From Campylobacterota bacterium (GTDB taxonomy: Bacteria > Campylobacterota > Campylobacteria > Campylobacterales > Sulfurovaceae), in NCBI GenBank assembly GCA_034722955.1, contig JAYEOM010000039.1, positions 1 to 17,919 of the forward strand: DNA of 17,919 nt, read 5' to 3'. Under the pieces are notes generated by a model that had not been told where the DNA came from, did not search any database, and saw only the letters and a program-made list of their open reading frames with translations. Shown in pieces: positions 8,032 to 17,220 of the stretch. The translations under genes were made by a program, and so were the position numbers. Every line of letters begins with the position of its first letter. The first letter of the stretch is position 1.

Positions 8032-8836
8032 AGAGTTTTCGCATCACAAAGTAGAGTCCTATGGAGAGTAGTATCATCACTATACTCATCAGTTGTCCCA
8101 TACTCATCCATTCGCAGCAGATATACCCTAGATGCATATCTGGTTCACGCCAGAACTCAGCTATGAACCGTGCTATACCGTAGAGTATGCCATAGAGGGC
8201 AAAGAGTTCTCCATCAAAGTGTTTGTACTTTCTATACATATAGAGCAGCAGTGCTACTATAACCCCCTCTAGGATCGCTTCATAGAGCTGTGAAGGGTGA
8301 CGAAGTAGACCATCTACATAGATGCCCCAAGGTAGATCAGTTGCTCTGCCGATCAGCTCTTGGTTTAGGAAATTTCCAATGCGCCCAAAGATATATCCAA
8401 CAGGTACAGCCAAGCCAACAATATCTAAAAGTTTAAATATCACATCCGGATGTCTCCTGCCGAAGAGGAAAGAGGCGATCAAGGCACCTATGATCGCACC
8501 ATGATAACTCATCCCTCGTATGCCTACAAACTCCCCATTCATAAAGGGGTTAAATATCTGCCAAGGGTGTGTCAAGTAGTAGAGAGTATCAGGATCATAA
8601 AAGAGGATATACCCAAGCCTTGCACCCAAGATCACCCCGACCTCTATCCAGATAAAAAAATTGTCGATAGTATCACTGTCTATATCTATCCGATCTTTTT
8701 TTATTATAAACTTGCCAAACCATAGTGCACTGAGGAGTGCCAATACATACATGGTGCCATACCAGTGTATAGATATGAAGCCCAGATCGACTGCAACAGG
8801 ATCAAAGTGCTCATAGATATGGTTCCAGTAGTTCAT
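8000..8836 (-). CDS. lgt: Prolipoprotein diacylglyceryl transferase
   Basis: IHWYG, ILGARLGY, GMSYHG, GRIGNFLNQEL.GR, RHPSQLYE and RFIAEFWREPD motifs. Start is ATG 8836 (better spacing from AGGAG) or 8839. Confidence 0.97.
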   Translation of the reverse strand: MNYWNHIYEHFDPVAVDLGFISIHWYGTMYVLALLSALWFGKFIIKKDRIDIDSDTIDNFFIWIEVGVILGARLGYILFYDPDTLYYLTHPWQIFNPFMNGEFVGIRGMSYHGAIIGALIASFLFGRRHPDVIFKLLDIVGLAVPVGYIFGRIGNFLNQELIGRATDLPWGIYVDGLLRHPSQLYEAILEGVIVALLLYMYRKYKHFDGELFALYGILYGIARFIAEFWREPDMHLGYICCEWMSMGQLMSIVMILLSIGLYFVMRKLSYKKASLRAL

Positions 8837-8944
8837 CATTGCTCCTGCTATAGATATTTAGTATTATACTCTGATGATCTTGCAAGATGCTTTTTAAGTA
8901 GTAGATGTTATGATTCCAGTCAAAAACTTTATAAAGGATAACAG

Positions 8945-9625
8945 ATTATTAAAATATTGATTATTGAGGATGATCCGGAGCTTTCGCTTATCCTCACCAA
9001 CTATCTTACCAAATATGATATGGAGGTTATAGGTGCAGAGGATCCATATATCGGTCTTTCACTTTTGACACAACATGCTTTTGATCTGGTCATTTTGGAT
9101 TTGACGCTTCCTGGGATGGATGGTCTGGAGATGATCCCCAAGATCAGAGAACACTCCAATATACCTATCATCATCTCCTCGGCTCGTGATGATATCACCG
9201 ATAAAGTGATTGGTCTGGAGCGTGGAGCAGATGACTATATGCCTAAACCCTATGATCCTAGAGAGTTGGTGACGCGCATCAAGACTATTTTGCGTCGTAC
9301 CAACACAATAGATAGAGACAATGCTAAAGAGGAGGAGCTCTTTAGGGTTGAGAAAGGATCAAGAACAGTTATCTTCAAAAATAAAATGTTAGATCTCACT
9401 GCAGCAGAGTATGATGTCCTCTCTATGCTGGTCGCTCACAAAAATGGCTCTGTATCAAGAGAGCAGCTTCTCTATGAGAGTGAACATATCGATGATGATA
9501 GCTCCATCAAAAATATCGATGTTATTATCTCTCGTATTCGCCACAAGATAGCAGCTATAGATAAAGAGAATATATATATCAAACCGATCAGAGGGGTAGG
9601 GTATCTCCTGACAACCAATATATGA
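8945..9625 (+). CDS. OmpR-family response regulator (H. pylori ArsR / C. jejuni RacR-like), probable ATT start
   Basis: Receiver motifs IEDD, LDLTLPGMDG, SSAR and GADDYMPKPYDP; winged-helix LTAAE...IDVIISRIR...IRGVGY. RBS AAGGA (8934-8938) lies 6 nt before ATT 8945. The ORF-track start at TTG 8957 would truncate beta-strand 1. Confidence 0.92.
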   Translation: MIKILIIEDDPELSLILTNYLTKYDMEVIGAEDPYIGLSLLTQHAFDLVILDLTLPGMDGLEMIPKIREHSNIPIIISSARDDITDKVIGLERGADDYMPKPYDPRELVTRIKTILRRTNTIDRDNAKEEELFRVEKGSRTVIFKNKMLDLTAAEYDVLSMLVAHKNGSVSREQLLYESEHIDDDSSIKNIDVIISRIRHKIAAIDKENIYIKPIRGVGYLLTTNI

Positions 9626-10854
9626 AAAATCTCTCTGTTACCACCTTTATCCATATCCTTTTTATGCTGGCAATAGTGATACTATTGGCAACTTTTCTCT
9701 TCTTTGTATCTTGGAACAAAGATAGGCAGAAGATCGCAGAGATCAACCACTACAAACTGATAGCTGATGCCTTTCTCTCAAATGTACAGCTCAACCCTAC
9801 AGAGGAGAAGCTAGAGAAGTTTTATAAAGATTTCTCAGTCAAGCCCATCCCTGCTGACCAAGCAAAAAAAGATATTACCAAACATGGTACGACGGTCTTT
9901 GGAGGCAAATCCATATATGGTCAAGTCCGTGTCTTTGAGATCGAGGAGCAGCACTATATCTATGTGCAGAGGCTAGGATACAATCTCATGCTAGAGGATG
10001 CACGCCCTAGACACTATACTTTTGAGATAGCACTTATGGTTGGTATTTTGTTGACCTCACTGCTGCTTTTGCTCTATCTGGCTATCTTAAAAAAGCTCTA
10101 TCCTCTCAAGCGTCTGCATCGCGAGATAGAGCAGTTTGCAGCAGGAGATATGGATGTGAAGATCTCATATAGCTATGATGATGAGATAGGGAAAATCGCC
10201 AAAAATTTTGATGATGCTATCATACATATCAAAGAGTTGATAGCTTCAAAAAACCTCTTTATGCGCAATATGATGCATGAGCTAAAAACTCCTATCACCA
10301 AAGGGCGTATAGTCGTGGAGTCGATCGATGATGAGATGGTCAGAGGGATCTTGGTGCGTGCATTTGAGAGGATGAATGAACTTATCAATGAGCTTGCACA
10401 GGTAGAGAGGGTCACAACTAGAAACTTTGAACCTATTGTAGAGTCTACATCTCTACAGGAGGTTGTAGAGAAGAGTAGACATCTCTTGATGGCAGAGAAG
10501 GGTAGGGTTGTAGTAGAGATCAACACTATTGTACTGCATACAGATATCAAGCTACTCTCTCTAGCGATCAAAAATCTACTAGACAATGGGATCAAATATA
10601 GCAAGGATAGACATGTTCTACTCCGTACAGTAGGTGACAAGAGGATCGAGATTGTCTCTAGGGGGGAACCACTCAACCATCCACTCTCTTACTATACAGA
10701 ACCCTTCTCTCAAGAGGAGAAACGGAGTAGTGGATTTGGTCTTGGACTATATATCGTTCATAGTATTTTGAAGAAATTGGGATGTGGTTTTGACTATCAG
10801 CATATAGATGATGAAAATATCTTTACTATTGTGATAGGGAAGAGATGTTGTTGA
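9622..10854 (+). CDS. Sensor histidine kinase (ArsS/RacS-like; 2 TM, HAMP, HisKA, HATPase)
   Basis: Two TM helices, HAMP (PLKRL...DEIGKIA..FD), H-box MHELKTP, N-box NLLDNGIKY and G2 box GFGLGLYIV. ATGA overlap with the regulator gene. Confidence 0.93.
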   Translation: MKNLSVTTFIHILFMLAIVILLATFLFFVSWNKDRQKIAEINHYKLIADAFLSNVQLNPTEEKLEKFYKDFSVKPIPADQAKKDITKHGTTVFGGKSIYGQVRVFEIEEQHYIYVQRLGYNLMLEDARPRHYTFEIALMVGILLTSLLLLLYLAILKKLYPLKRLHREIEQFAAGDMDVKISYSYDDEIGKIAKNFDDAIIHIKELIASKNLFMRNMMHELKTPITKGRIVVESIDDEMVRGILVRAFERMNELINELAQVERVTTRNFEPIVESTSLQEVVEKSRHLLMAEKGRVVVEINTIVLHTDIKLLSLAIKNLLDNGIKYSKDRHVLLRTVGDKRIEIVSRGEPLNHPLSYYTEPFSQEEKRSSGFGLGLYIVHSILKKLGCGFDYQHIDDENIFTIVIGKRCC

Positions 10855-10862
10855 GTACCATC

Positions 10863-12164
10863 TCATCTTTTTAACGCCTCCGCTATCAACTCTACAGGGT
10901 TTCTAAACACCACATCAACTTCAGCTTGTTTGAGTGAGTTACTGATCTGCATACGGCAGGCACTACACTCTGCACTGACTACTTTGGCTCCTGTCTGGGC
11001 TATCATCGCTGCTTTTGGTTTACCGGCTGCCTCTGCAAAGTGATACTTCTCTGTCTGTATCGTCACACCCCCAAAACCACAACATCGATCAGGATCACTC
11101 ATCTCTGAGATAGTGTAGTTTTGAGAGAGCAGCTCTCTGGGTTGCTTCTCTACGCCTTGGACTTTTTTTGCATGGCATGCATCATGGTAAGTGATCGTCT
11201 CCTCTATGGTTTTGCCTTTTTTGGCTAGCAGCTCTTTTAGATTGGTATTTGCCTCTAGCCACTCTGTCGCCATGAAGATCTTCTCATTTAGTCTGCTTGC
11301 ACGATATGCCCAATCTTGCATTTCACGATTGTTGAGAAAGATCTCCCAGTCATGTTTGATCATAGCAGAGCAGGTCGCCTCTGGTATGATGATCGCCTCT
11401 ACATCATCGATAAAGGTTTCAAAATACTCTATATTTTTCTTGGTCAGGGTCTCTACAGTATAGAAGTCACCCGTGAAGTAGGCAGGTGCAGAGCAGCAGA
11501 GCTGATCTTTGGGGATAAAGGCATCTATACCTAGCTCGCTCAATATCTCTATGAGGCTATCACCAATGCCTGCATAGTTGTAGTTTGCCAAGCAGCCGAT
11601 AAATATAGCTACGCGTCTCTGTTTGCCATCTTTGGGAGTATGTTTGATCTCCTCTGGGTACTTGTTGAGAAAGCTTGTTTTGCCTAGTGATGGCAAGAGT
11701 CTGCCACTCTTGATGATAGGCATGGGAAATCTCGGTATGATGCCACCTCGTTTGGTATCATCCTTGAATCCGCAAGTGCGAAATGTATATCCAAGCTTCA
11801 TGAGTATATCCATAAGTCTTCGGTGTCTCAAAAGGGTAAAGAAGACTCTTTTGAACCATGCGATACCAAACTTGTCAGCTATATCTGCCCGAACCTCTTC
11901 GATGACCATGTCGGTAGGTAGAGAGTTTGGACAGACATCGGTACAAGCCGTACAGAGAAAACAGCTCTCAAATATATCTTTGGCATTTTTGTCAAGTTCG
12001 AGATGACCCCTCTGGTATGCTCCAAGTAGGTCAATAAATCCCCTCGGTGATGTGACTTCATCAGGGTTGATCTGGTGGATAGTGCAGATAGGGATACACT
12101 TCCCGCACTTTATGCACTCATCGCTGGTTTCGCTAAAATTGAAAATATCTTCTGGTTTTTTCAA
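10863..12164 (-). CDS. (Fe-S)-binding oxidoreductase subunit, GlcF/GlpC-like (2x[4Fe-4S] + CCG domains)
   Basis: CIKCGKCIPIC, SPRG, CFLCTACTDVCP, FIGC, LCC, YHDACH, RCCGFGG and CSACRMQI motifs. Confidence 0.9.
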   Translation of the reverse strand: MKKPEDIFNFSETSDECIKCGKCIPICTIHQINPDEVTSPRGFIDLLGAYQRGHLELDKNAKDIFESCFLCTACTDVCPNSLPTDMVIEEVRADIADKFGIAWFKRVFFTLLRHRRLMDILMKLGYTFRTCGFKDDTKRGGIIPRFPMPIIKSGRLLPSLGKTSFLNKYPEEIKHTPKDGKQRRVAIFIGCLANYNYAGIGDSLIEILSELGIDAFIPKDQLCCSAPAYFTGDFYTVETLTKKNIEYFETFIDDVEAIIIPEATCSAMIKHDWEIFLNNREMQDWAYRASRLNEKIFMATEWLEANTNLKELLAKKGKTIEETITYHDACHAKKVQGVEKQPRELLSQNYTISEMSDPDRCCGFGGVTIQTEKYHFAEAAGKPKAAMIAQTGAKVVSAECSACRMQISNSLKQAEVDVVFRNPVELIAEALKR

Positions 12165-12239
12165 ATGATTATCCTTCCCTTTTATTAGAGGTTCTTATGA
12201 TATACAAAATCATTTGCAACTCTATTGCATATTTCGTGT

Positions 12240-13607
12240 CTATACAGTCTTGGAAAAACTCTTCTTGTCTCCACCATACTTGCCCATATATGCATCAAAA
12301 GGCATAGCGATATTTCGGATGAGTAGGGTGCCTGTGTCGGAGACTGATATCTTATCTTCGGTTATTGTGAGTAGCTCCCCCTCTACAAACTCCTGTAGAG
12401 CCTCTATGGCATCTAGGAAATAGTTCGCAAAGATGATTTTGTGTTCTGCTTCAACTCTCCTGATATCGATAGAGAAGTTTGCCATTAACTCCATGATGAC
12501 AGCTTGGCGGATGATGTCATCTTCTGTGAGTTTGATACCTCGCTCAAAGGGGAGTCTCCCTGCATCAAGTGCCTCTTCGTACCTGCTCATATCTTTGCTG
12601 TTTTGAGCGTAGTAGCCGACACCTTCTCCTATGCTTGTGAGACCTATACCGATGAGGTTGGCTCCACCCTTGGTAGTGTAGCCTTGAAAGTTACGATGCA
12701 GTTCACCCTTTTCGATAGCGGTGAAGAGTTCATCTTCGGGTTTGGCGAAATGATCCATCCCTACCATACGGTAGCCGTTGTTCTCAAAGAACTCTATCGT
12801 ATGGCTAAAGATCTGTAGTTTTACATCGGGGCTAGGGAGTGTTGTCTCGTCAAACTTACGCATAGTTTTTTTGAGCCAAGGTACATGAGCGTAGTTGAAG
12901 ACGGCTAAGCGGTCAGGGTTTAGCTCAAATGCCATCTCTAGTGTCTTTTTGAAACTCTCAAAAGTTTGATAAGGGAGTCCATAGATGAGGTCTATATTGA
13001 TACTATCGATACCATAACGGCGTGCTAAATCTACAGCGGCTTTGGTGATCTCAAAGGTTTGGATGCGGTGTATCTCCTGCTGGACTTTGGGGTCGAAATC
13101 CTGCACCCCAAAACTGATACGGTTAAAGCCATGTTTTTGAAAAACCCTCATCTGCTCTTCGTTGAAAAATCGCGGATCTATCTCACAGCTGATCTCCGCT
13201 TCACTGCTCCAGTTGGTAAATTTGGATTTGATATAGCTGACGATCTCATCGAGTTCAAAAGCCCTATAGAAGGTCGGAGTGCCTCCTCCAAAGTGAAACT
13301 GTATCACCTCTCTTGTAGTATCTAAGTGTGCAGCCAAGATATCTATCTCTTTTTTGAGATATTCGATATATGAGCTGAGTTTCTCCTCTTTAGAGGTGAA
13401 GACGACATTGCATCCGCAGAAGTAGCAAGCAGAACGGCAAAATGGGAGGTGAATATATAGTGAGAGTTGGTTTTTGCCTCTATCTAGATAGCCTAGATAC
13501 TCATCATATGTAAAATCCTCACTGAACTCCAGAGCAGTTGGATAGCTGGTATATCGTGGTCCAGGCTTGGAGTATCTGCTAAATTTTTCTAAATCTATTT
13601 GACTCAA
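12240..13607 (-). CDS. hemN: Oxygen-independent coproporphyrinogen III oxidase (radical SAM)
   Basis: GPRYTSYPTA, YIHLPFCRSACYFCGC, HFGGGTP, GMDHFA and LHRNFQGY motifs. TTG start with GGAGGA RBS. Confidence 0.97.
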   Translation of the reverse strand: MSQIDLEKFSRYSKPGPRYTSYPTALEFSEDFTYDEYLGYLDRGKNQLSLYIHLPFCRSACYFCGCNVVFTSKEEKLSSYIEYLKKEIDILAAHLDTTREVIQFHFGGGTPTFYRAFELDEIVSYIKSKFTNWSSEAEISCEIDPRFFNEEQMRVFQKHGFNRISFGVQDFDPKVQQEIHRIQTFEITKAAVDLARRYGIDSINIDLIYGLPYQTFESFKKTLEMAFELNPDRLAVFNYAHVPWLKKTMRKFDETTLPSPDVKLQIFSHTIEFFENNGYRMVGMDHFAKPEDELFTAIEKGELHRNFQGYTTKGGANLIGIGLTSIGEGVGYYAQNSKDMSRYEEALDAGRLPFERGIKLTEDDIIRQAVIMELMANFSIDIRRVEAEHKIIFANYFLDAIEALQEFVEGELLTITEDKISVSDTGTLLIRNIAMPFDAYMGKYGGDKKSFSKTV

Positions 13608-13621
13608 AGATCCTCCTTTAA

Positions 13622-14560
13622 TTATCGATCTTGATCATCACTGCGATGGCTATCTAGCCATACCATCACCCCTTTTTGGGCGTGGAGGCGGTTTTCTGCT
13701 TCGGTGAAGATCTCCTCTTCATGCTTCTCAAGAGTCTCTTCACTCACTTCATAGCCACGATAGGCAGGCAGACAGTGGAGGAAGATCGCATCCTCTTTTG
13801 CCAACCCCATCAGTGACTCATCGACTATATATCCTGCAAAATCTTTAACTCTTTTCGCCTTCTCATCCTCTTGTCCCATAGAGACCCAAGTGTCGGTCGT
13901 GACAACATCAGCACCTATGAGAGCCTCTTTGGGATCGTTGCAGATAGTGATCTTGGCTCCACTCTCTTGAGCGAACTCCATAGCATCTGCTACGATAGAG
14001 GCATCACACTCATACCCTTTGGGAGTAGCGATACGCAGATCAAACCCTAGCTTGGAGGCGAGCATGAGCCAAGAGTGAGCCATATTGTTGCCATCACCTA
14101 CATAAGTACAGATGGGGTTATCTGCTTTACCGAACTCTATCATAGTGAGGTAGTCTGCCATCAGCTGTACGGGGTGATACTCATCGGTGAGACCGTTGAT
14201 GACAGGTACTTTTGAGTAGTTTGCAAACTCTGTCAGCTTCTCTTGGGAAAATGTACGGATCATCACCATATCGATCATCCTGGAGATGACTCGTGCAGTA
14301 TCCTTCATCGGTTCACCACGACCTAGCTGTATATCATCGGAGGAGAGGAAAAGCCCGATCCCGCCGAGCTGATATATCCCCGTCTCGAAGCTCACGCGTG
14401 TTCGTGTAGAGCTCTTCTCAAAGATCATCCCTAGTGTATGATGCTCCAGATATGGTACATACTGTCTTCTCTTGGTTTGTGCTTTTATCTTCTGTGCGAG
14501 TGTTATCATCTCTAGGATCTCATCTTTTGTAAAATCCCTGAGTGTCAAAAAGTGTCTCAT
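13622..14560 (-). CDS. argF: Ornithine carbamoyltransferase
   Basis: [37 protein letters not shown] and EAENRLH motifs. The likely start is MRHF at 14560, with GAGGA 8 nt upstream. Confidence 0.97.
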   Translation of the reverse strand: MRHFLTLRDFTKDEILEMITLAQKIKAQTKRRQYVPYLEHHTLGMIFEKSSTRTRVSFETGIYQLGGIGLFLSSDDIQLGRGEPMKDTARVISRMIDMVMIRTFSQEKLTEFANYSKVPVINGLTDEYHPVQLMADYLTMIEFGKADNPICTYVGDGNNMAHSWLMLASKLGFDLRIATPKGYECDASIVADAMEFAQESGAKITICNDPKEALIGADVVTTDTWVSMGQEDEKAKRVKDFAGYIVDESLMGLAKEDAIFLHCLPAYRGYEVSEETLEKHEEEIFTEAENRLHAQKGVMVWLDSHRSDDQDR

Positions 14561-14612
14561 TTGAGTTATCCTCATAATGCGGCAAATCGATGCCGATAAA
14601 TTAAAAGAGAAT

Positions 14613-14700
14613 ATTTTAACATAAAAGAGGTTGATATTAGGAATCGTGAGTTAAAAATTAGAAATTATGGTATGTTTTTCCTCTAAATATATGTTAAAAT
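14613..14700. promoter_or_regulatory. Divergent extended -10 promoters for argF (-) and the ABC/B2 operon (+)
   Basis: TGTTAAAAT occurs on the minus strand at 14613-14621 and on the plus strand at 14692-14700. Confidence 0.55.
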
Positions 14701-14729
14701 ACGCACAAAATAGACAATCAGCAGGGATC

Positions 14730-16496
14730 ATGGCAGAATATTATACTTTTAAAACCCTCTACGATCAGATCAAGGGAGAGAAGCAGGACTTTTGGCGTAC
14801 CAACATCTATGGGATGGCTGCTACACTGCTGCTGCTGCCTATCCCTATGCTGATACCTCTCTTGATCGATGAGATACTACTGGGTCATCCGGGGAAGATG
14901 ATAGAGGTGATCTCTCATCTTTTCGGTGATCTGGAGAGTTGGGTCTATATCTTGGTGGTACTTTTTTTGGTTCTGGCTCTGAGGTTTTTGGCTTTTTTTT
15001 TCAACAATAAAAAGAGCTTCTACTCTATCAAAATCACGCAAAAGATCAGCTATCTCTTGCGTCATCGTACTCTTCATCATCTGGAGTCTCTCTCTATGGA
15101 TGAGTATGAGAGACTCAAGTCAGGGGGTATCGCTTCGAAGAGTGTGCAGGATGTAGAGAGTATCGGCAATTTCGCTGGTCAAGTTGTCTCAACTGCACTG
15201 AGTTCATCACTGATGCTGCTGGGTATCGCTATAGTCATGCTCTGGATGAATTGGGCACTAGCACTGCTGGTTTTTATGTTAAATCCACTCTTTTTAAGTT
15301 TTTCCAAACTCTTGGGACGCAAAACAGCACTTCTCCTGCGTCGCAAGCATGAAGCGTATCAGCTCTATCAGGAGATGCTATCTGAGACTCTGGAACTCTT
15401 CGTTCAGGTGAGAGCTAGCAACCAAGAGAGAGATTTTTTTGCTCTTCTGCACACTAGAGCCAAAGAGATAGAGGAGAGATCACTCGATTATGGGTATAGA
15501 GCATCAGTAGCACACAACTCCTCATCTCTCTTGACGAGTACGGTAGTTGATATCTTTCGTGCTTTGGGGATCGTAGCGGTGGTCTACTCTGATCTGTCGA
15601 TAGGAATGATGATCGCTTTTCTCTTCTATCTCTCTACGCTGGTGGCACCGACACAGCAGCTGATGGGATTGGTCATAGGTTATCAGAGTACCCAGCCGGC
15701 ACTAGAGCGTATCAATAGCCTGCTGGCACTCTCCCAAGAGCCTCACTACCCACACAATAAGAACCCTTTTGAGATGGTTGAGACTACATCTGTCGAACTC
15801 AAAGAGCTGAGTTTTGCTTATGCGAACGGCAAGCAGATCCTCCACGACATAACGCTAGAGGCAGCATCAGGGCAGAAGATAGCACTCATAGGTCCTAGCG
15901 GAAGCGGCAAGACGACTATAGCTCAGATCATGGTAGGCTTCTACCCTTCACACTCAGGAGAGATTCTCTATGGGGGTATGCCGATAGAGCAGATAGGATT
16001 GTCCATAGTGCGTGAAAATGTAGCATTGATGCTCCAGCAGGCACTCTTCTTTGATGATACGATCCGCATGAATCTCACACTCAGCAGAGAGTGCAGAGAT
16101 GAAGAGATCTATGAAGCGTTGAGAGTAGCACAGCTGGAGAGTTTCATCACCGGTCTGGAGGATGGAGTAGAGACTCCCATAGGCAAAAATGGCATCCGCC
16201 TCTCCGGTGGTCAGCGACAGAGACTCGCCATAGCACGACTGATCCTCTCCGATCCAAAGATAGTCATCTTCGATGAGTCGACCTCCGCACTCGATAGTGC
16301 CACAGAGTTTCACCTCTATGAGACACTAGCACCATTTCTCAAGGGACGAACCACTATCATCATAGCTCACAGAACGACTACTATCAAACAGGCTGATCAT
16401 ATCTATCTGATAGAGGAGGGCAGGGTAGAGGCAGAGGGGAGTTATGAGGAGCTTTGGAGCAGAGGGTTGATAAGGGAGGATTTTGATGTTGAGTAG
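14730..16496 (+). CDS. ABC exporter, fused permease/ATP-binding protein (MsbA/MdlB-like half transporter)
   Basis: N-terminal TM domain, Walker A GPSGSGKTT, signature LSGGQRQR, Walker B IVIFDES and H-loop AHR. No C39 peptidase domain. Start ATG 14730 is preferred because the -10 element lies inside the longer ORF from 14667. Confidence 0.93.
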   Translation: MAEYYTFKTLYDQIKGEKQDFWRTNIYGMAATLLLLPIPMLIPLLIDEILLGHPGKMIEVISHLFGDLESWVYILVVLFLVLALRFLAFFFNNKKSFYSIKITQKISYLLRHRTLHHLESLSMDEYERLKSGGIASKSVQDVESIGNFAGQVVSTALSSSLMLLGIAIVMLWMNWALALLVFMLNPLFLSFSKLLGRKTALLLRRKHEAYQLYQEMLSETLELFVQVRASNQERDFFALLHTRAKEIEERSLDYGYRASVAHNSSSLLTSTVVDIFRALGIVAVVYSDLSIGMMIAFLFYLSTLVAPTQQLMGLVIGYQSTQPALERINSLLALSQEPHYPHNKNPFEMVETTSVELKELSFAYANGKQILHDITLEAASGQKIALIGPSGSGKTTIAQIMVGFYPSHSGEILYGGMPIEQIGLSIVRENVALMLQQALFFDDTIRMNLTLSRECRDEEIYEALRVAQLESFITGLEDGVETPIGKNGIRLSGGQRQRLAIARLILSDPKIVIFDESTSALDSATEFHLYETLAPFLKGRTTIIIAHRTTTIKQADHIYLIEEGRVEAEGSYEELWSRGLIREDFDVE

Positions 16497-16950
16497 ATAT
16501 AAAAACTTCGCCAAACTATCACTGGAAGAGAGAAGACTCTTCTGGGAGGCTTACAGAACACTAGGAGTGATGCGTCTGCTGATCATGACAGTTTCGTTCA
16601 AACGATTGACTCGCTCCCTAGATCAAGTAGCCCAAAAGAGAGATATACCCCCACTGAGCATAGATGAGAGAGATATAGCCGAGAGAGTCGGTGCAGCTAT
16701 CGGTAGAGCATCAGCACACACCCCTTGGGAGAGTGCCTGCCTAGTACAGTCACTCACAGCACGACAGATGCTCCAAAAGCGTGAAATACCTGGGGTATTC
16801 TATATAGGAGTAGCAAAAGATCAAGAGAGTGAAGCCAAAATAAGAGCACACGCCTGGTCCCAATGCGGAGAGAAGATCATCACCGGTGGCAAAGGACATG
16901 AGAACTTTACGGTTCTTTCGGTATTTGGATGGGGGTGTAAGGCACTATAG
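16486..16950 (+). CDS. Lasso peptide biosynthesis B2-like protein (transglutaminase-like Cys protease)
   Basis: PWESACLVQSL (catalytic Cys), FYIGVAK and AHAW..CG..IITG (catalytic His), with a size of about 155 aa. GGAGGA RBS; overlaps the ABC stop codon. Confidence 0.88.
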   Translation: MLSRYKNFAKLSLEERRLFWEAYRTLGVMRLLIMTVSFKRLTRSLDQVAQKRDIPPLSIDERDIAERVGAAIGRASAHTPWESACLVQSLTARQMLQKREIPGVFYIGVAKDQESEAKIRAHAWSQCGEKIITGGKGHENFTVLSVFGWGCKAL

Positions 16951-17013
16951 GGTGCTGTTTCTAACGCACCTTGTTATAGTCAGGGTCAGATGTTGACTGT
17001 TTCAGACCCCTAC
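16944..17013. repeat. Pair of REP-like hairpins / possible terminator region after B2
   Basis: First hairpin ACTATA-G-GGTGC...GCACC...TATAGT (16944-16980). Second hairpin GGGTC-A-GA...TC-A-GACCC-CTAC (16983-17013), which reads GTAG-GGGTC on the minus strand. Confidence 0.45.
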
Positions 17014-17092
17014 CATTCCGAATCCAATCCCGTTGTTTTAATGTTGCTCTAAGGTTTATCTCTATCTATATTTTAAACTTTTTTCAAAAACC

Positions 17093-17112
17093 TGACATTT
17101 TTATGATATAAT
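17093..17112 (+). promoter_or_regulatory. Extended -10 sigma70 promoter for the riboswitch-led secreted protein gene
   Basis: TGATATAAT at 17104-17112, about 10 nt before the aptamer. TGACAT at 17093-17098. Confidence 0.65.
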
Positions 17113-17122
17113 ACGATAAATA

Positions 17123-17193
17123 CAAATGCCACTCCTGTTGCGAAACAGGTTCGGAAAGCCAAGGGTCTCTTTGAGATAGCCGGTTGCTATTTG
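17123..17193 (+). ncRNA. c-di-GMP-I (GEMM-I) riboswitch
   Basis: CAAAT-GCC-ACT-CCTGTT-GCGA-AACAGG-TTCGG-AAAG-CCAAG-GGTCTC-TTT-GAGATAGC-CGG-TTGCT-ATTTG. It has a GNRA-capped P2, the AAAG junction, a P3 hairpin and closing CAAAT/ATTTG. It lies between a promoter and an RBS. Confidence 0.85.
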
Positions 17194-17220
17194 CTAAACT
17201 TTAAAGAAAAAGGAAAGTAA

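Noticed and set aside
7942..8166. 74-aa ORF on the + strand
   Set aside because: Starts inside the palindromic element, is antisense to lgt, and has no RBS or recognisable motif.
10630..10700. Missing DxGxG (G1) box in the histidine kinase as a sign of pseudogenisation
   Set aside because: The H, N and G2 boxes are intact, and to my knowledge a degenerate G1 is usual in ArsS/RacS-type kinases.
14993..15001. T9 tract in the ABC gene (also A9 at 5869-5877 in ruvB) as phase-variation sites
   Set aside because: Both frames are intact, such runs are expected in AT-rich DNA, and Campylobacterota contingency loci typically use poly-G/C tracts.
3489..16514. Other short ORFs (60-167 aa) opposite identified genes, e.g. 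5105-5380, 5857-6174, 10173-10676, 11623-12006, 15954-16313
   Set aside because: They are antisense shadows of well-supported genes with no independent motifs.
16990..17052. 20-aa ORF MLTVSDPYHSESNPVVLMLL as a lasso precursor
   Set aside because: Too short, lacks a YxxPxL leader and the Thr(-2)/Gly(+1) core pattern, has a weak RBS and overlaps a hairpin.
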